DNA of 51,798 nt, counting the filler, from Catajapyx aquilonaris (lineage: Eukaryota), in the NCBI GenBank assembly GCA_000934665.2. It is 2 parts of 2 records of this genome, joined end to end, with 100 filler letters (N's around TTAATTAATTAA, not from the genome) between each part and the next. Parts side by side here need not be neighbours in the genome. Positions count along the whole stretch, not along the records: positions 1 to 25,817 come from KZ539323.1; 1 more part is not named here. One strand, 5' to 3'. Position 1 is the first letter of the stretch. Each line of letters opens with the position of its first letter. Of the stretch, positions 1 through 11,991 are shown one piece after another. The translations under genes were made by a program, and so were the position numbers. Under the pieces are notes generated by a model that saw nothing but the letters and a program-made list of their open reading frames with translations, made no database searches and was not told the DNA's origin.

Positions 1-239
1 TAGTGAAACATAGCTCCAAAAAAGAAATCATTACAATGCGAAATCATAAAGTTAGCAACTTTTGAAACATCATACGAGTAAAAAACGACATCAACATATA
101 ATTGGCACTCAAAAAAGTCGTACATTTAAAGGATTCTGATTTATAGATTTGATCAAAGTTTCAAATGCGTTTTTCTCGAAAACAACTTTGTGTGGCTTAC
201 GATTATCTCTCACCGACCCCTTCAATTGTTAAACATATG

Positions 240-993
240 GGGCCGGTTTTTCAGTTTCCCGCTAATAGCGGCCAAATAGTAGAGACTAGTTAGTAGCTAT
301 TATCGCGTGACTATACTAAACGGGTTTTTCATCTCGCAACTATCTACTCTGGGGGTTGGAGGGCTTACTATTAGCTGGTAGTCGCGGGGTAGCGCTGCGC
401 ATGCGTGTGCTTAGTTCCAACCCTGGAATCGAGGGGGCAATCGCTTTTTAATCGCTTCTCCCCGCTAAAACAGAAATCAAAGATGGAAGCTACCGGAGGC
501 TCAATGCGCACAGTGGGGTATTTGGCCAAAAAAGATGGACAAAATGTGATTTTTTTAAATGTTACTGATTCCAAAAAATTCAGTTTCCCGGAACAGATGA
601 ATGACGAGGCTATTATGACATGCAGTTGTACTTCTCATAGGTGTAACCCTTCGTCCGTACCAGCAGTTGAAAGTTGATGACAGTACGAGTAATATTTAGC
701 GAATTTTAAGCGCAATTTACGGCGCGACACTTTCATTTGTGTTGTTTTCAGTTATACAAAATATTTGTGAACTGTTCCAATATGGAAGCTTCAGAAGAAG
801 GCATGTACTTCATTTTAAAGAATTTCTTACCATAATATGGCTAGTCTATAAGTAATTATTTGTCCTCGAAATTATGCAATAATTGGTATACTTTTTTCGC
901 CAAATGTGAAATATTCAAACATGAAGTTATAATTCCGAAGCCTTCCGAGCGGAGCCTCTAATAGCGTCGCAAAACGAACTGAAAACCCGGCCC
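240..993. mobile_element. Non-autonomous DNA transposon, PIF/Harbinger-like (~750 bp)
   Basis: Imperfect TIRs GGGCCGGTTTTTTCAGTT (240) and AACTGAAAACCCGGCCC (ends 993), flanked by a 3-bp direct repeat ATG (237-239, 994-996). No transposase ORF inside. Confidence 0.55.
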
Positions 994-2399
994 ATGATTA
1001 TTAGACAGTAATAATAATTAGGGGAGGGTCTTACTGCAGGATGCCAGGATATATGTGCCTCTGTCCGCGGTGAGTCATCAGTAGCGTGTAGAATGTGCCA
1101 TCTATGCGCGAGGTCGGGTAATACGTCCACAATCGTCCATATTATTGCTGAAAACATCTTCAAAAATTAAAACTAGAAAACAATAAATTACGAGCAGGTA
1201 ACCTCCTTCCACATCACCATTTATTTACTGTTAAACATGTTTTTCTTTTCAATATAATAGAGACGGACAATAAACTACTCATCCAGCCGGTAACTCATTT
1301 TTCACTTACACCGTTTGTTTTAAAATCTATAATAATTCATACAAGGATGACTTTGAAAGGAACCTTCTTCGTTAAGCCCCGGGGTAATTTACGCACCATT
1401 ATTATCATTTGCTCTATTATTAATAATAATATTAATCTTAATTAAAAAGCTATGGACACATATGTACAACTTAACGGACAGGAATGGAACAGCTGATCGT
1501 GTAACAATAAACGAAACAAACACAATTAATCCCATCAGACTTGATTGGATGCGATCGGTTTCAATAATAATAATTATATTGTTAGTATTGTTGCTAGTAT
1601 ATTTAATCCAACCATCATTGATTGTCACCCGTTGTTTTTTTTAAAACTCATCCGACCCTTTTTAACTCGACCAACTCCCACACATTATACTCGGCTTTAT
1701 TTATCACAGGTCGTACTTATTTACTTCTTAAACTTCGGCACATGCGTGACAGACTTTCTTTGGTCAGTCGTCCGCCATTTATTTTATTTTATTTCAATTA
1801 TTTTGAGCGGGCAATATTGTTATTTACTCCTCTTTTACTTTCGACGTAAAAGGATTTTAAACTTGTCAGTCTTGCTCCATTGTTGCATAAAACTCTGCCT
1901 TGTATTATTCTGCGGGGGACAACATAGCTGCTCCATACACACTATATTATAAAACAATCTGTCCATTAATTGGAAAGACCCGAGACTTAGCATCCTCATT
2001 AGCACCTCATTTTTTTTAAATATTATATATATAAAAAAACAAAGATGGCACCCACAATATTCTTGTTTTCCCAACAATCCTTCGAGTCTTGGATCCATCC
2101 AAGTTAAAGACCCTTCTCTAACATACAATCAGGCCTAACCGGTAACAATCGCAACTTTTATCCACCTTCTTTTTTGACTATAAAAAAGCCTATACTTATG
2201 ACAGAAATTTCATGAAGAAAACTATGGCTGCCCCCCTTCTCCATTCGTAGGATATGACGTCTCAAAAAGGCTGGATTTCCACTTTTTATAATGGACGCAC
2301 TGAACTAGCGACGTCTAAAATGGCCGTCGTATTCTAAAATGGCCGCCCGGCTCACAAAATGGCGGCGGACTCACAAAATGGACGCTTATTTCACTAGGC

Positions 2400-3156
2400 C
2401 TACGAACGAAGAGATGTTTTGAAGAAGAGAGGCAGAGGAATCCTTGATGCGATGGCTGCATCTGGATGCGAGTCTCTCCTTGGCCTCGGGGTGGTCCTGT
2501 AGGGGCTTCCGAGCAACAGGGGCTGCCCCGGGGCGGATGTGGGCGAGAGGCTCCGTGGTGTGCATCCGGCTGACCTGATCTTTCCGGAGCTCCTAGGCTG
2601 GTGGTTCTGTGACCTGATGGGTCTTTCTGACCTTCGACCTGGTCCTAGACGCAGGAGGGGACCCAACCCGCTCTCGATGCTCATGGACCGCTCCATCTTG
2701 TTGCCCCGGGACGGCCCAGGGGCGGACTTCCTGGCCGGACGTGGGGATGGGGACACCTTAATGTCTTTCCCTTTGGTCTTGGTCCCTTTGTTCAGAAGGT
2801 CTTGAGCCGGCTTCAGAAGGTCCAGTGTGTCTCCCGGTGGCCCCTGGGCCGCCCCGGGGCGATCCCCTTGGCTCCTGTAGCCCTCATCGGACACTTCAGA
2901 CCCGCTGTCTAGTGACCTGACGTCCTCAGTGGCCGATCCGGATGACTCCAATGAAAGTGGCCTGGATGGTGGTTGGAACGAGAGAATCACGTTGTTGTTG
3001 TTGTTCACGTTGTTGGCGTTGTTGTTGTTGGTCCATTGGTGGACAGCAGGCGACCTAGAGCGTGACCTGGCGCGGAGAGGCGACCCAACGCGGTTGCTGG
3101 AGTTGTTGTTGACGTTGCTGTTCGAGGAGCTTCCGGAAGACTCTGGCGGAGGTACC
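2400..3156 (-). CDS. GAS2L: GAS2-like protein, last coding exon (S/P/N/R-rich tail ending ASRIPLPLFFKTSLRS*)
   Basis: Acceptor TTTCCTGCGCAG|G at 3156. Phase 2 matches the previous exon (AG+G=Arg) and puts it in the frame of ORF 2400..3239. Stop TAG at 2400-2402. Contains an SxIP motif. Confidence 0.85.
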
Positions 3157-3568
3157 CTGCGCAGGAAACGACAATTAACATCAATGCAAAAAAACTTTCC
3201 CAGCAGTACCATATCCCTCGTACGGATGGCGCCCAACACACTTCTGCCACTCTCAGGGGTAGTGGTACTACACGTAAGTAGCTAAGCGAGGGTGATGACT
3301 CACCCTTGATAATCATAAGCAGACACTAATATTAGTAACGAATAAATATATATTAATTGGTTAGCAGCAAATAACTAATAAAGATCTGATAATAAATAAC
3401 GATTAAGTATTAATAACTATTAGCTACTAGTTGTGCCTCTGTCTAGGGTGGGGGTTCAGCCGCAATAATTTATTAATAGCTGATATTAATACGCATAACT
3501 CATATTTACTGATAGTCTACCTAGTAACTAATAAATAACTATTCATTGGTAATTAATAAAGATCTAAT

Positions 3569-3930
3569 GTGGAGGCGTGGTGGCCGACGTCTGGCGGCTT
3601 GCTGAGAGAAAGGTACCAGGTTCGATCCCCGCCTGGGGAGTTCCCTTTCACCTGCGTCAGGAGGGTCTCTGACCCGCGCCTTTGGAGGTGTCTGGCAACC
3701 CCTATTAAACCTCCTGGGGAACAGCACATGGCCCATTTACCGACACTGCACTTGCCACCCATGTTCCCTCCCCAAAAACCCCTATCCTTACCCTATGTCC
3801 TTGTTTCCATGCACCAGAGAGAGAAGAAAAGTTGCAAAAAAAAACACTATGAAACTGATGGTGGTATGCCACCCCCCATAATGGTTTACAGTTGTATGCT
3901 TGTATATCACGTAGTAAAATAAATAAAATA
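3569..3930 (+). mobile_element. tRNA-derived SINE family 1, copy A (in last GAS2L intron)
   Basis: B box GGTTCGATCCC, partly deleted A-box region, body shared with the copies at 25099 and 36718, A-rich tail. TAATAAAGATCTAAT on both flanks may be a TSD. Confidence 0.85.
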
Positions 3931-4056
3931 ACTAGTAACTAATAAAGATCTAATAATAACTACTGTAGTAACTAATAAATATTAATAACTACTCTACTAG
4001 TTATTGTGCCTCAGTTTTTCCAGATTCAGCCATATTAATTGATTATTATTTATTAC

Positions 4057-4232
4057 CTTTCGTACTGCACCTCCATGTGAGTGGAAGCGTCAGTTCCCTG
4101 AGTGAAGACTACCCTGGATGCCTTTGTTGCCCTGTGACCCGCCCTGCACCTGCAAGGGTCATGCTTCTCCAAGTAGTGACCCAGCGTGTCCCATCCTCCT
4201 CCGACCCGTACCATCACGTGCTGGCGCAGGAT
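4057..4232 (-). CDS. GAS2L: GAS2-like protein, exon encoding the second half of the GAR domain
   Basis: Translates [29 protein letters not shown], the GAR signature. GGACAG| acceptor, AG|GTAATA donor, 176 nt. Too short to appear in the ORF track. Confidence 0.95.
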
Positions 4233-4674
4233 CTGTCCACAAATAAATCAATTGTGTAAGTTGACATACATATATTCTTAAACAATTTTAACAAAATTGT
4301 TAAAATTGTTTAATATGTAAAATATTTTTATATAATTTTATATAAAAATATTTTACATATTTTTCTACATATTTGTAGATAAATGTGCGAATAAAATTTG
4401 CACAATATAAATGCACTATACGTATAATTATAATAAACCAATAATAACTAATACCACAAACTCATAAGATATGACTCATGATTAATGAATACATAATTAG
4501 GATGCTGATTATCCGCGTTTCCGATTATTATCTGTGCCCACAAATATAAGTACAAGTTGACATGCTCGTATTTAACACTACAGAGCAAATAGGCGAATAA
4601 ATTTTGCCTTCATATGCAAATATACGTGTACGGTACTGTACAGTACATATAATAAATGTATGATCCGGACTTAC

Positions 4675-4782
4675 CCGAACATAAATAATGATTTTGGTGT
4701 CGCCGATGCGGTACTTCCCTTCAGATATCTTGATCATGGGGAACTCGGTCGGACAGGAACACTTCTTCACAAGTTCACGAAC
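4675..4782 (-). CDS. GAS2L: GAS2-like protein, exon encoding the first half of the GAR domain
   Basis: VRELVKKCSCPTEFPMIKISEGKYRIGDTKIIIYVR. TGCAG| acceptor, CGG|GTAAGT donor, 108 nt, phase 0/0. Confidence 0.95.
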
Positions 4783-5387
4783 CTGCATTTTTAAAAAAAA
4801 GAGAGACAAGACTAATTAACACACATAACATGACTTTAACAAGCACTTAATTGCTCGCCAGTTTTCAAGCGAAAATTGTAACATATTTTTGCGTGAACCG
4901 AAGGACACACGTCTTGCCTAATTAGGATATTCGCTCGGAATATTGAAGCAAATACATGCAGTGCCGCGTGTTATTTACTGCAAGTTCGTGAGTTTAGCAG
5001 TGAAAGACCACACGTAGTACTGGTTACCCTTGAAACACCGTATTTGTGGAAATTTAAGTGGCTCGACAAACAAGACCAAAAAATTAATACTCTCAACCAA
5101 CACAGCACTACACTGTATACTATATTGTTGCCATGATGTCAGAAACATATTGAAGATGCATTACACTGCTGTTTTTAGCGTAAACAAATCTAAGCTTATA
5201 TGGCACCCATGACGTCACACTGAGGTCAACAGTGATTAGTCTGTTTTAATGCACGTAAACAAACGCATTTGCGTCCTCGAAATATTCAAAATATATATAT
5301 ATTAACTTTGATATGTAGCCTACAGGTTGCTCTACAGTAGTTAACTGTCAGTTGCTGCTTGCTAATTATTATTATATTAGTTAATTA

Positions 5388-5516
5388 TGTCCCCCCCCCC
5401 CTCATTATCCCTATCCTGTCCCTTTGCACCGGAGTAAAGAAAATAGTACGAGAAAATTGATGGTGGGGCCTATGTAGGCATTTCACGGGGTAAAATAAAT
5501 ACAAAAAATTAATAAA
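5388..5516 (+). mobile_element. SINE family 1, 5'-truncated copy E
   Basis: CCCTATCCT...TGCACCGG...TGGTGG...TCACGGGGTAAAATAAA 3' part of the family. Flanking direct repeat ATATTAGTTAAT (5374, 5517). Confidence 0.65.
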
Positions 5517-6407
5517 ATATTAGTTAATATTATAGGAAGTTGTTAGTACTTCGTTTATGATATCATACTACTTTTCGTATTTGGTTATATTAGTTACACT
5601 TCATTTATATAACATATTTGATGATGATAGCAAATTATGTTCGGTTATATTTATTCCATTTACTCTATTGATGACTTTATTTATTTATTTACTGTGTATA
5701 CTATATGAATATAGTATAAATAGAGTAATAAATGGAATATATAACTCGAGTAAATAAAAAATGACACTAAATGAATGAAAATAAAATAATTAAAAATAAT
5801 TAAAAGTAAATATCGCAATCGATTAGAAATCTACGCAAAATATTCGACCATGACTGAGATCCAGCTGTCCAATCAAAAGGGTCCTCTCAGCTTTCCCTGT
5901 AAAACTTCAAGGTAAAGTCCAAAAATTTCGCCATGGACAAAAATTCACCTGCTGGACCAGGTGTGTGTTTATTCTCCTCCTGTAAGACATTCCCCGACGT
6001 GTATCTTAAGAGTGTGTGTGGGCGTCAACACCCCCAATCAGGTTGAGGAGGACACGAAGGACATGGCAATGTACTTTTTTTTCAGTTCAGCCTGTTGTTG
6101 TTGTTGTTGATTTTTTTTTGGCTGTTGGCCGCAGCCTCACCTTTTCCTGAGGTGGGGGTTGGCTGCATTTTGATCCGAGTCCCCTGCCTTATTTGGCCAG
6201 GAGGGATTGGGCAGCAAGCGTGCATGGGACTATGTGGAAGAAGAAGGGTAAGTGGCCTTCGGGAAACCGGGACCTTGCAAGGACTTATTGCACACATGTC
6301 AGTCCTTTAGGATAAGGCCGAGAAGGGACGGCCACATTTTCCCTCTCTTAATACGATCCATTGCTCTTAATTAATTCACTAATTACACGCGTTGCCCAAA
6401 CTTGGTT

Positions 6408-6487
6408 CGTGTAGTACCATATTCTTGACACAGATGGCGCACTGTCACTCTCAGGGTCATGCGAGGGGTTGGTACTACTACACACGC
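6408..6487. mobile_element. ~80-bp mini inverted-repeat element (second copy at ~3203-3274)
   Basis: Ends CGTGTAGTACCA / TGGTACTAC(TAC)AC. Internal AGTACCATAT, GATGGCGC and CACTCTCAGGG are shared with 3203-3274. Confidence 0.45.
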
Positions 6488-7289
6488 AGCTGTGTGATTA
6501 TTTAATATATACTCTGTTATTTTATGGCTAAATAGTACGTTTTAACTAACTGGTAGCAACTCGCCATCCGTGATATATCGCGATGTGGCGATATATCGAT
6601 ATTCTTGGGTGACTTCCTGAGCCGTGATTGGCTCCGTGTAACTCCTCCCCTTTCCGGACAGAAATCAATTAATGTTCGTATCCCCGATTTGTATTTCATA
6701 ATGAGTTAATTCCATGTTGGTGGCCTGTGTAGCTATATGTTTATAAACATGGGTCACGCATGGGGTGGAGCCATCCACAGGGTCTTCTTCCCTAATCGTC
6801 ACAGTTCCCGTTTCTTTTTCTAATAAGTAACATGTGTCTCGGTATGTCGTCTCACGCATAACCTTCTTCCTGTATAGTGTGTATAACTTTTTGATGAGGC
6901 ACACGGTGTTTGCACATTTTGCAAGCCTCGTCAAAACTTACCTAATTAGTACAGGTTAAAATTTTAAAATAACTTCAAAAAACTTACTATTAATTAAATA
7001 ACGGTTATGAGTTATCAACTGTTATAAAATTCAATTGGTACTATTGCGATAAATTAAAAACCTTTTCTAATATATTATTGTATGATTAACCAACTAGGTG
7101 TTATAATTATCTTATAATTAGTAATTAACTGTTATAATAAATAATCGTTATAAAATTAAATGACTCGATCGTTTCAAAGCAAATTATGATTTGCAATAAG
7201 TATTACGGTTAATTAAGATAACCTATGGTTAATTGAATATAGCTGTTTTATACCTATTGCAATAGCTGTTATACTTATTTGAATAACTG

Positions 7290-7518
7290 CTACAAATTTA
7301 TTAACTGCTGCAATTAATAATTTATTCGCTGTTTCAATTAATAATTTATTCGCTGTTGCAATTAATAATTTATTCGCTGTTGCAATTAATAATTTATTCG
7401 CTGTTGCAATTAATAATTTATTCGCGGTTTCAGTTAATAATTTATTAACTGTTTCAATTAATAATTTATTCATGGTTTCAGTTAATAATTTATTAACTGT
7501 TACAATTAATAATTTATT
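7290..7518. repeat. 24-bp AT-rich minisatellite (~9 copies)
   Basis: Unit CAATTAATAATTTATTCGCTGTTG. It produces the spurious NKLLIATA-repeat ORF 7213..7473. Confidence 0.9.
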
Positions 7519-8605
7519 GAGTAGCTATAATTAATAATAGTTATAAAATTTACCTGTTATGACAATTTAAAATCCTGTAATGATTTCCAATAACTTGTAG
7601 TTCATTGAAATAACTATTATGATTAATGAATAACTTTAAAGCGTATTATAATTGTAGTGACTATTATGCCTAATTGCTAATAGCTATCATACCAATTTGA
7701 ATTCTTACTGCGACTATGATAATAGTTTCTGTTCCCCGCGGGTTTAAAAATGAAAACAAACGGATGACGTGATTTAAAAAAATTAAACGGATGATGACGT
7801 CACCGTTTGCAAATGACACGGAAAGGGAAGAGGAGCGGCCTGCGGTTTTTTTATCCTCTTGCTACAAGCGGCAGCCCGGGGAAAACATAATGGCAATAAT
7901 AAGGGCGGGAGGTAATAATTCTTGCGTGTTGGGTCAGCAGTCTCTCTTTTGCTGGTTGAGGAAGTTTTCAGAGTGCCCCCCCCCCCTCCCCCCTCGAGGG
8001 GACATTACGCTATATACGTTCAGAGAAAGCAAGGTCATTGCATGTGTAGAGTTTTAACATATTGCGCAACAATGTGTGTAAAAATTGTGCCTCTTTTTTT
8101 TGTTATTATTAGGGCGCCTCATTGTTGAAGGTCGCGTGGTAAATGTACCGCTATTTTTAAAGTGTGGGAAGAAAGTCGCTTTGGAAAAGGGCAGACTTTT
8201 GCAAAATAAGGAGTGCTAGCCTTCGAAGGTGAATGTGGTCCTTCCAGTTTGGTGTGCGAAATTGTTAAGTGTGAATAGCAAAAAAAAAGACATATCTGCA
8301 ATATGCCTGCATAATTATGTGAAGTTCGATACTAAAATTCGAGTAATTATTATGATTAGCAAAAAAGACATATCTGCAATATGGCTTATCAATAAGCACC
8401 TGAAGTGCTAGGGTAATTTTAGCATTATTTACGATGCAGGTATTGCTTCCTCCTTCGGCTATTGAACCTTGTGTCTATAGACACTTCCTAATATTGCCAT
8501 GGCTCGAATAGCTACGCGCCAATATAACGCCCAGGATATGACAAGTTCGGATTTCATATTGGCCATATCCTGCGTACGTCGCATGAGCCGCAGTTCCAAC
8601 GACTG

Positions 8606-8879
8606 TAGATGAATTATTCTTGTAAGAGCGCAACCGAGTGCGCACCCTCATTCGCGCAGCTTCGTTGTTCCGACAACAACGGTGCCAGAGCTACTCTCCA
8701 GGAGCCTAGCAGCTTCAGATTCGTTCCAGATGATTGGTAACGTCGCAACAGTCCCCCCACCTAACCGTAGCGTTGGAAATAAGTGAAGAGCTTACCAAGT
8801 ATCATTGATAATTTCAACCGTGCATGCTGCGCGAACTGTGGTGCGCACTCGGTTGCGTTCGTTAAGAAAAGTTCGTCTA
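8606..8879 (+). mobile_element. MITE family M1, copy A
   Basis: ~55-bp imperfect TIRs (TAGATGAATTATTCTT..GAGCGCAACCGAGTGCGCACC / GGTGCGCACTCGGTTGCGTTC..AAGAAAAGTTCGTCTA). Internal TAGCGTTGGAAATA shared with 11418 and 14095. Confidence 0.8.
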
Positions 8880-8911
8880 TAGATTATTCCCGGGACAAGC
8901 AAACAACCCAC

Positions 8912-9415
8912 CATTTGGTCTAGGCTCCTCTGCGGTTCCTCCTGGGGCTTCTGCTGCTTTGTGGACGTGGTCGCGCAACAGTCGGCCTGCAGTACCATCT
9001 GAGCGGCCTGATGACCCCCTGCTGACCCTCCTGCCTGGTCACCCCCTTGCTTATTGTCCTGGTGGTCAGCCTCCTCCTGCCTCTGTATCTCCTCCTCGAA
9101 CTGGACCAGCAGAGGCGCGGGCATACCGAACTTGGCTCCGACCCTGGCCACTTCCAACAGGCACAGGATGACGTGCTTCTCGTTCTTCCGGAGTATCAGG
9201 TCGTCCGTCTCGAACAAGAGGACCTCCAGTACCCCAAGGGCGCGGCACCACCCGATGAACTTTGACACGTTGTCTCGAGACACGAACGTGCCTGGCTTGG
9301 CGTCCTCCCGGAAGCTCAGCTCCCTCTGGGGCACCTGGGGTAAGGGGCCGCCCCGGGGCCGGGACAGGGGCCGGATGTCCACGTCTCGGGCGAACCCACG
9401 GACCTTGTTGGCATG
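8912..9415 (-). CDS. GAS2L: GAS2-like protein, exon encoding most of the calponin-homology domain and linker
   Basis: HANKV...GTFVSRDNVSKFIGWCRALGVLEVLLFETDDLILRKNEKHVILCLLEVAR...APLLVQFEEEI is typical of the GAS2-family CH domain. AACAG| acceptor, ATG|GTGGGT donor, 504 nt. Confidence 0.95.
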
Positions 9416-9839
9416 CTGTTCAAACCGTAGAAAATTTATTAATGATACACACACACAGCACGCAACAATTCCCATTCAAAATTATTATTGCTCATTAGTT
9501 AATTATTATGGCTACTTATGATCGTTTCATTTATACTTTTATTCGATAATTTATTACACTTTATTGTATATTGTATTGTTTTTGTTTGTTTTATTTTAGC
9601 TTGTTGTAGTCTATTGTATTATGTCATTTTAATTCATTCGTTCTCTTAGTTATTTTTCATTTATTTCTTTGGTGAGTTATTTATTAAGTGATTCATTTGG
9701 TTATTGTTGTTATTAGTTATTTATTGGTTATTTATATTAGTCATTTAGTTGGTTATTTTTGCTGAATTTGTTATTTAAAGTTGACCTTGATGTGAGCTAT
9801 TTAGTTAATTATCGTTATAAGTTGTTATTTGGTTATTCA

Positions 9840-10376
9840 TTTGTCGTTATTCAATTATATTAGTCATTTGTCGTTATTAGTTGTTATTCAGTTATATTAG
9901 TTATTTATTGTTATTAGTTGTTATTCAGTTATATTAGTTATTTATTGTTATTAGTTGTTATTCAGTTATATTAGTTATCGTTATTAGTTGTTATTCAGTT
10001 ATATTAGTCATTTGTCGTTATTGGTGTTAGTTATTTGTCGTTACTAGTTATTTTCCATTATTAGTTATTAGTATATTAGTTATTTTCCATTATGAGTTAT
10101 TAGAATATTAGTTATTTTCCATTATTAATTATTTTCCATTATGAGTTATTAGAATATTAGTTATTTTCATTATTAATTATTTTCCATTATGAGTTATTAG
10201 AATATTAGTTATTAGAATATTGGTTATTTTCCATTATGAGTTATTAGAATATTAGTTATTTTCCATTATTAGTATCATAAATTGTTGTTAGTTATTATTA
10301 TTTAGTTATTAGAATATTAGTTATTTTCCATTATTAGTATCATAAATTGTTGTTAGTTATTATTATTTAGTTATTA
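9840..10376. repeat. Compound AT-rich tandem repeat (~37-, ~32- and ~65-bp units)
   Basis: Repeated TTATTAGTTGTTATTCAGTTATATTAG, then TTATTTTCCATTATGAGTTATTAGAATATTAG, then a longer exact duplication. Confidence 0.85.
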
Positions 10377-11133
10377 GGCCTTTCATCATTTAGTTTTTTT
10401 TAGTTATTACTTGTATTTACTTAGTCCATCTACGTACGTGTATAATAAAACAGGTTAGGCTAGGCCAGGTTAGGTAAGGTTAATACCGTGTGATTCAGAA
10501 TTGAGCTATCAGTGGTGGAAATGTGACGAAACTGAACCGCGACATTTTTACGCTAAGCTGCTTTATTATTAAGCAGCTATTTTATAAGCACATATAATAT
10601 TAGGTGAAAAATGGTCTACATTACATGATTACATTTTGTTCAAATAATCACGACGGATTTGATATCTCTGGAAACTAAGTGGACCAGGTTTTATCTATGC
10701 CAGGTCCGATTTTTTTTTTTCCTAGACCAGTGTAAACGACCCCAACATTTTCTCCCCAACAAATAGAGCTTCGTGCTAGCTTTTTTTTACAAAATGAGCA
10801 AAACCCCCGTATATTTTCGCAGTCTACGTAGCGTGACCGGCGAATCAATGGCGCTGCACCATGCGGAATTTCCTCATATCGATTCCCCCNNNNNNNNNNN
10901 NNNNNNNNNNNNNNNNNNNNNNNNNNNNNNNNNNNTCCCCCCCCCCCCCTCTCTCTCTCTGCTCCTCCTCCTCCCCCATCCCATCCCGCCCCCATCCCCT
11001 TATCAAACTTGAAGCGGAACCATCCATAGACTCTCTAGTAAATCGTAGCTTCCGATTGCTCGAAAATTGCTCCATTTCCAAGCACTATGATTACTGGTGA
11101 GAGTGACGTCATCTGAGATGGCCTTATTATTAC

Positions 11134-11358
11134 CTTGCATAGGAGTACTCCTGTCTCCAGCTTGGGAAAGAAGTCTGCGACCTGTAGGCTGAGGTCAGGA
11201 TACAGAGCGTTCAGCCAGTGGACCAGGTCTTCCTTCATGGCCTCCAGGTAGGCCTCGGAGCTCTTGAAGGGCCTGAATGGCCTGGGTTCAAGAGGGCAGA
11301 CGGCATCTTCCACCACCACCGCCCCCACCCCAGTTACTCCCTCCTCTCCTGGAACCAT
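11134..11358 (-). CDS. GAS2L: GAS2-like protein, N-terminal coding exon (exon acceptor at 11369, ATG at 11358)
   Basis: PRPFRPFKSSEAYLEAMKEDLVHWLNALY...LETGVLLCK matches the GAS2L/Pigs N-terminus. TTTTCTTTTCTTAG| acceptor, AAG|GTAATA donor, phase 0 joins to HANKV. Confidence 0.92.
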
Positions 11359-11417
11359 CTCCAAGATGCCTAAGAAAAGAAAAATAATTCAACGTAGTAC
11401 CATACACCTCGAATAAG

Positions 11418-11493
11418 CGTAGCGTTGGAAATAAGTGCAGCGCTGTGTCATTGCTAATGCCAACCCTGCCCACTGCGCTAACTGTGGTGCGCA
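11418..11493 (+). mobile_element. MITE family M1, partial copy C
   Basis: CGTAGCGTTGGAAATAAGTG...CTGCGCTAACTGTGGTGCGCA matches the right part of copy A. Confidence 0.7.
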
Positions 11494-11835
11494 ATGGCGT
11501 GGAGAGCCCACAGCTTTTCTGCCTGATTTCCGTTGTTGTTAACAATGAGGCCGGAAAGCAATGGCCAGGATCAAAGACGGAACGAACTGGTTGGAGTGTT
11601 TACATGTGAGGGCCTCGCGGGGGAAGGTTTATTATCGTCGAAATGAATGGGTCTGATAGGAGTTAATGGCCTGAAGGTGTGCCGCTTCTGGGAGATAATA
11701 TCGCGTTAACAAGAGACAGGGTTTAAAGTCTAAAAGTCGTGTGGCGCAGTTTCAGGTTGCGACACTTGCACCTGGCCACGACAATAAGGTTGACACGTAA
11801 TTAATTGGAATTTATTTAAAATTATAATTAGTGAA

Positions 11836-11991
11836 CTAACAGGATACCTGTTCTTCGCACGGGAAAAATTTGTATGGTTTTGCTCGACAGTCCATTTATT
11901 CTACATTATTTCGCTTACATTTAAAGTCAAATTTAAACTTAAATTTAAACTTAGCAGTCCCATTGCCAACACAGTGGGACGAAAATGCTAG
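11836..11991. mobile_element. Short segment with Helitron-like 3' termini at both ends
   Basis: Minus strand CCCGTGCGAAGAACAGG-TATCCTG-TTAG-T. Plus strand hairpin GTCCCATTG/CAGTGGGAC followed by GAAAATG-CTAG. Confidence 0.4.

Noticed and set aside
2539..3285. Plus-strand ORFs antisense to GAS2L exons (also 8959-9521) and to XKR exons (33623-34391, 40015-41098)
   Set aside because: Shadow ORFs of GC-rich coding exons with no independent gene signals.
7213..7473. Repeat-protein ORF (NKLLIATA)n, and the poly-N/poly-I ORFs at 13732 and 17883
   Set aside because: Translations of mini- and microsatellites.
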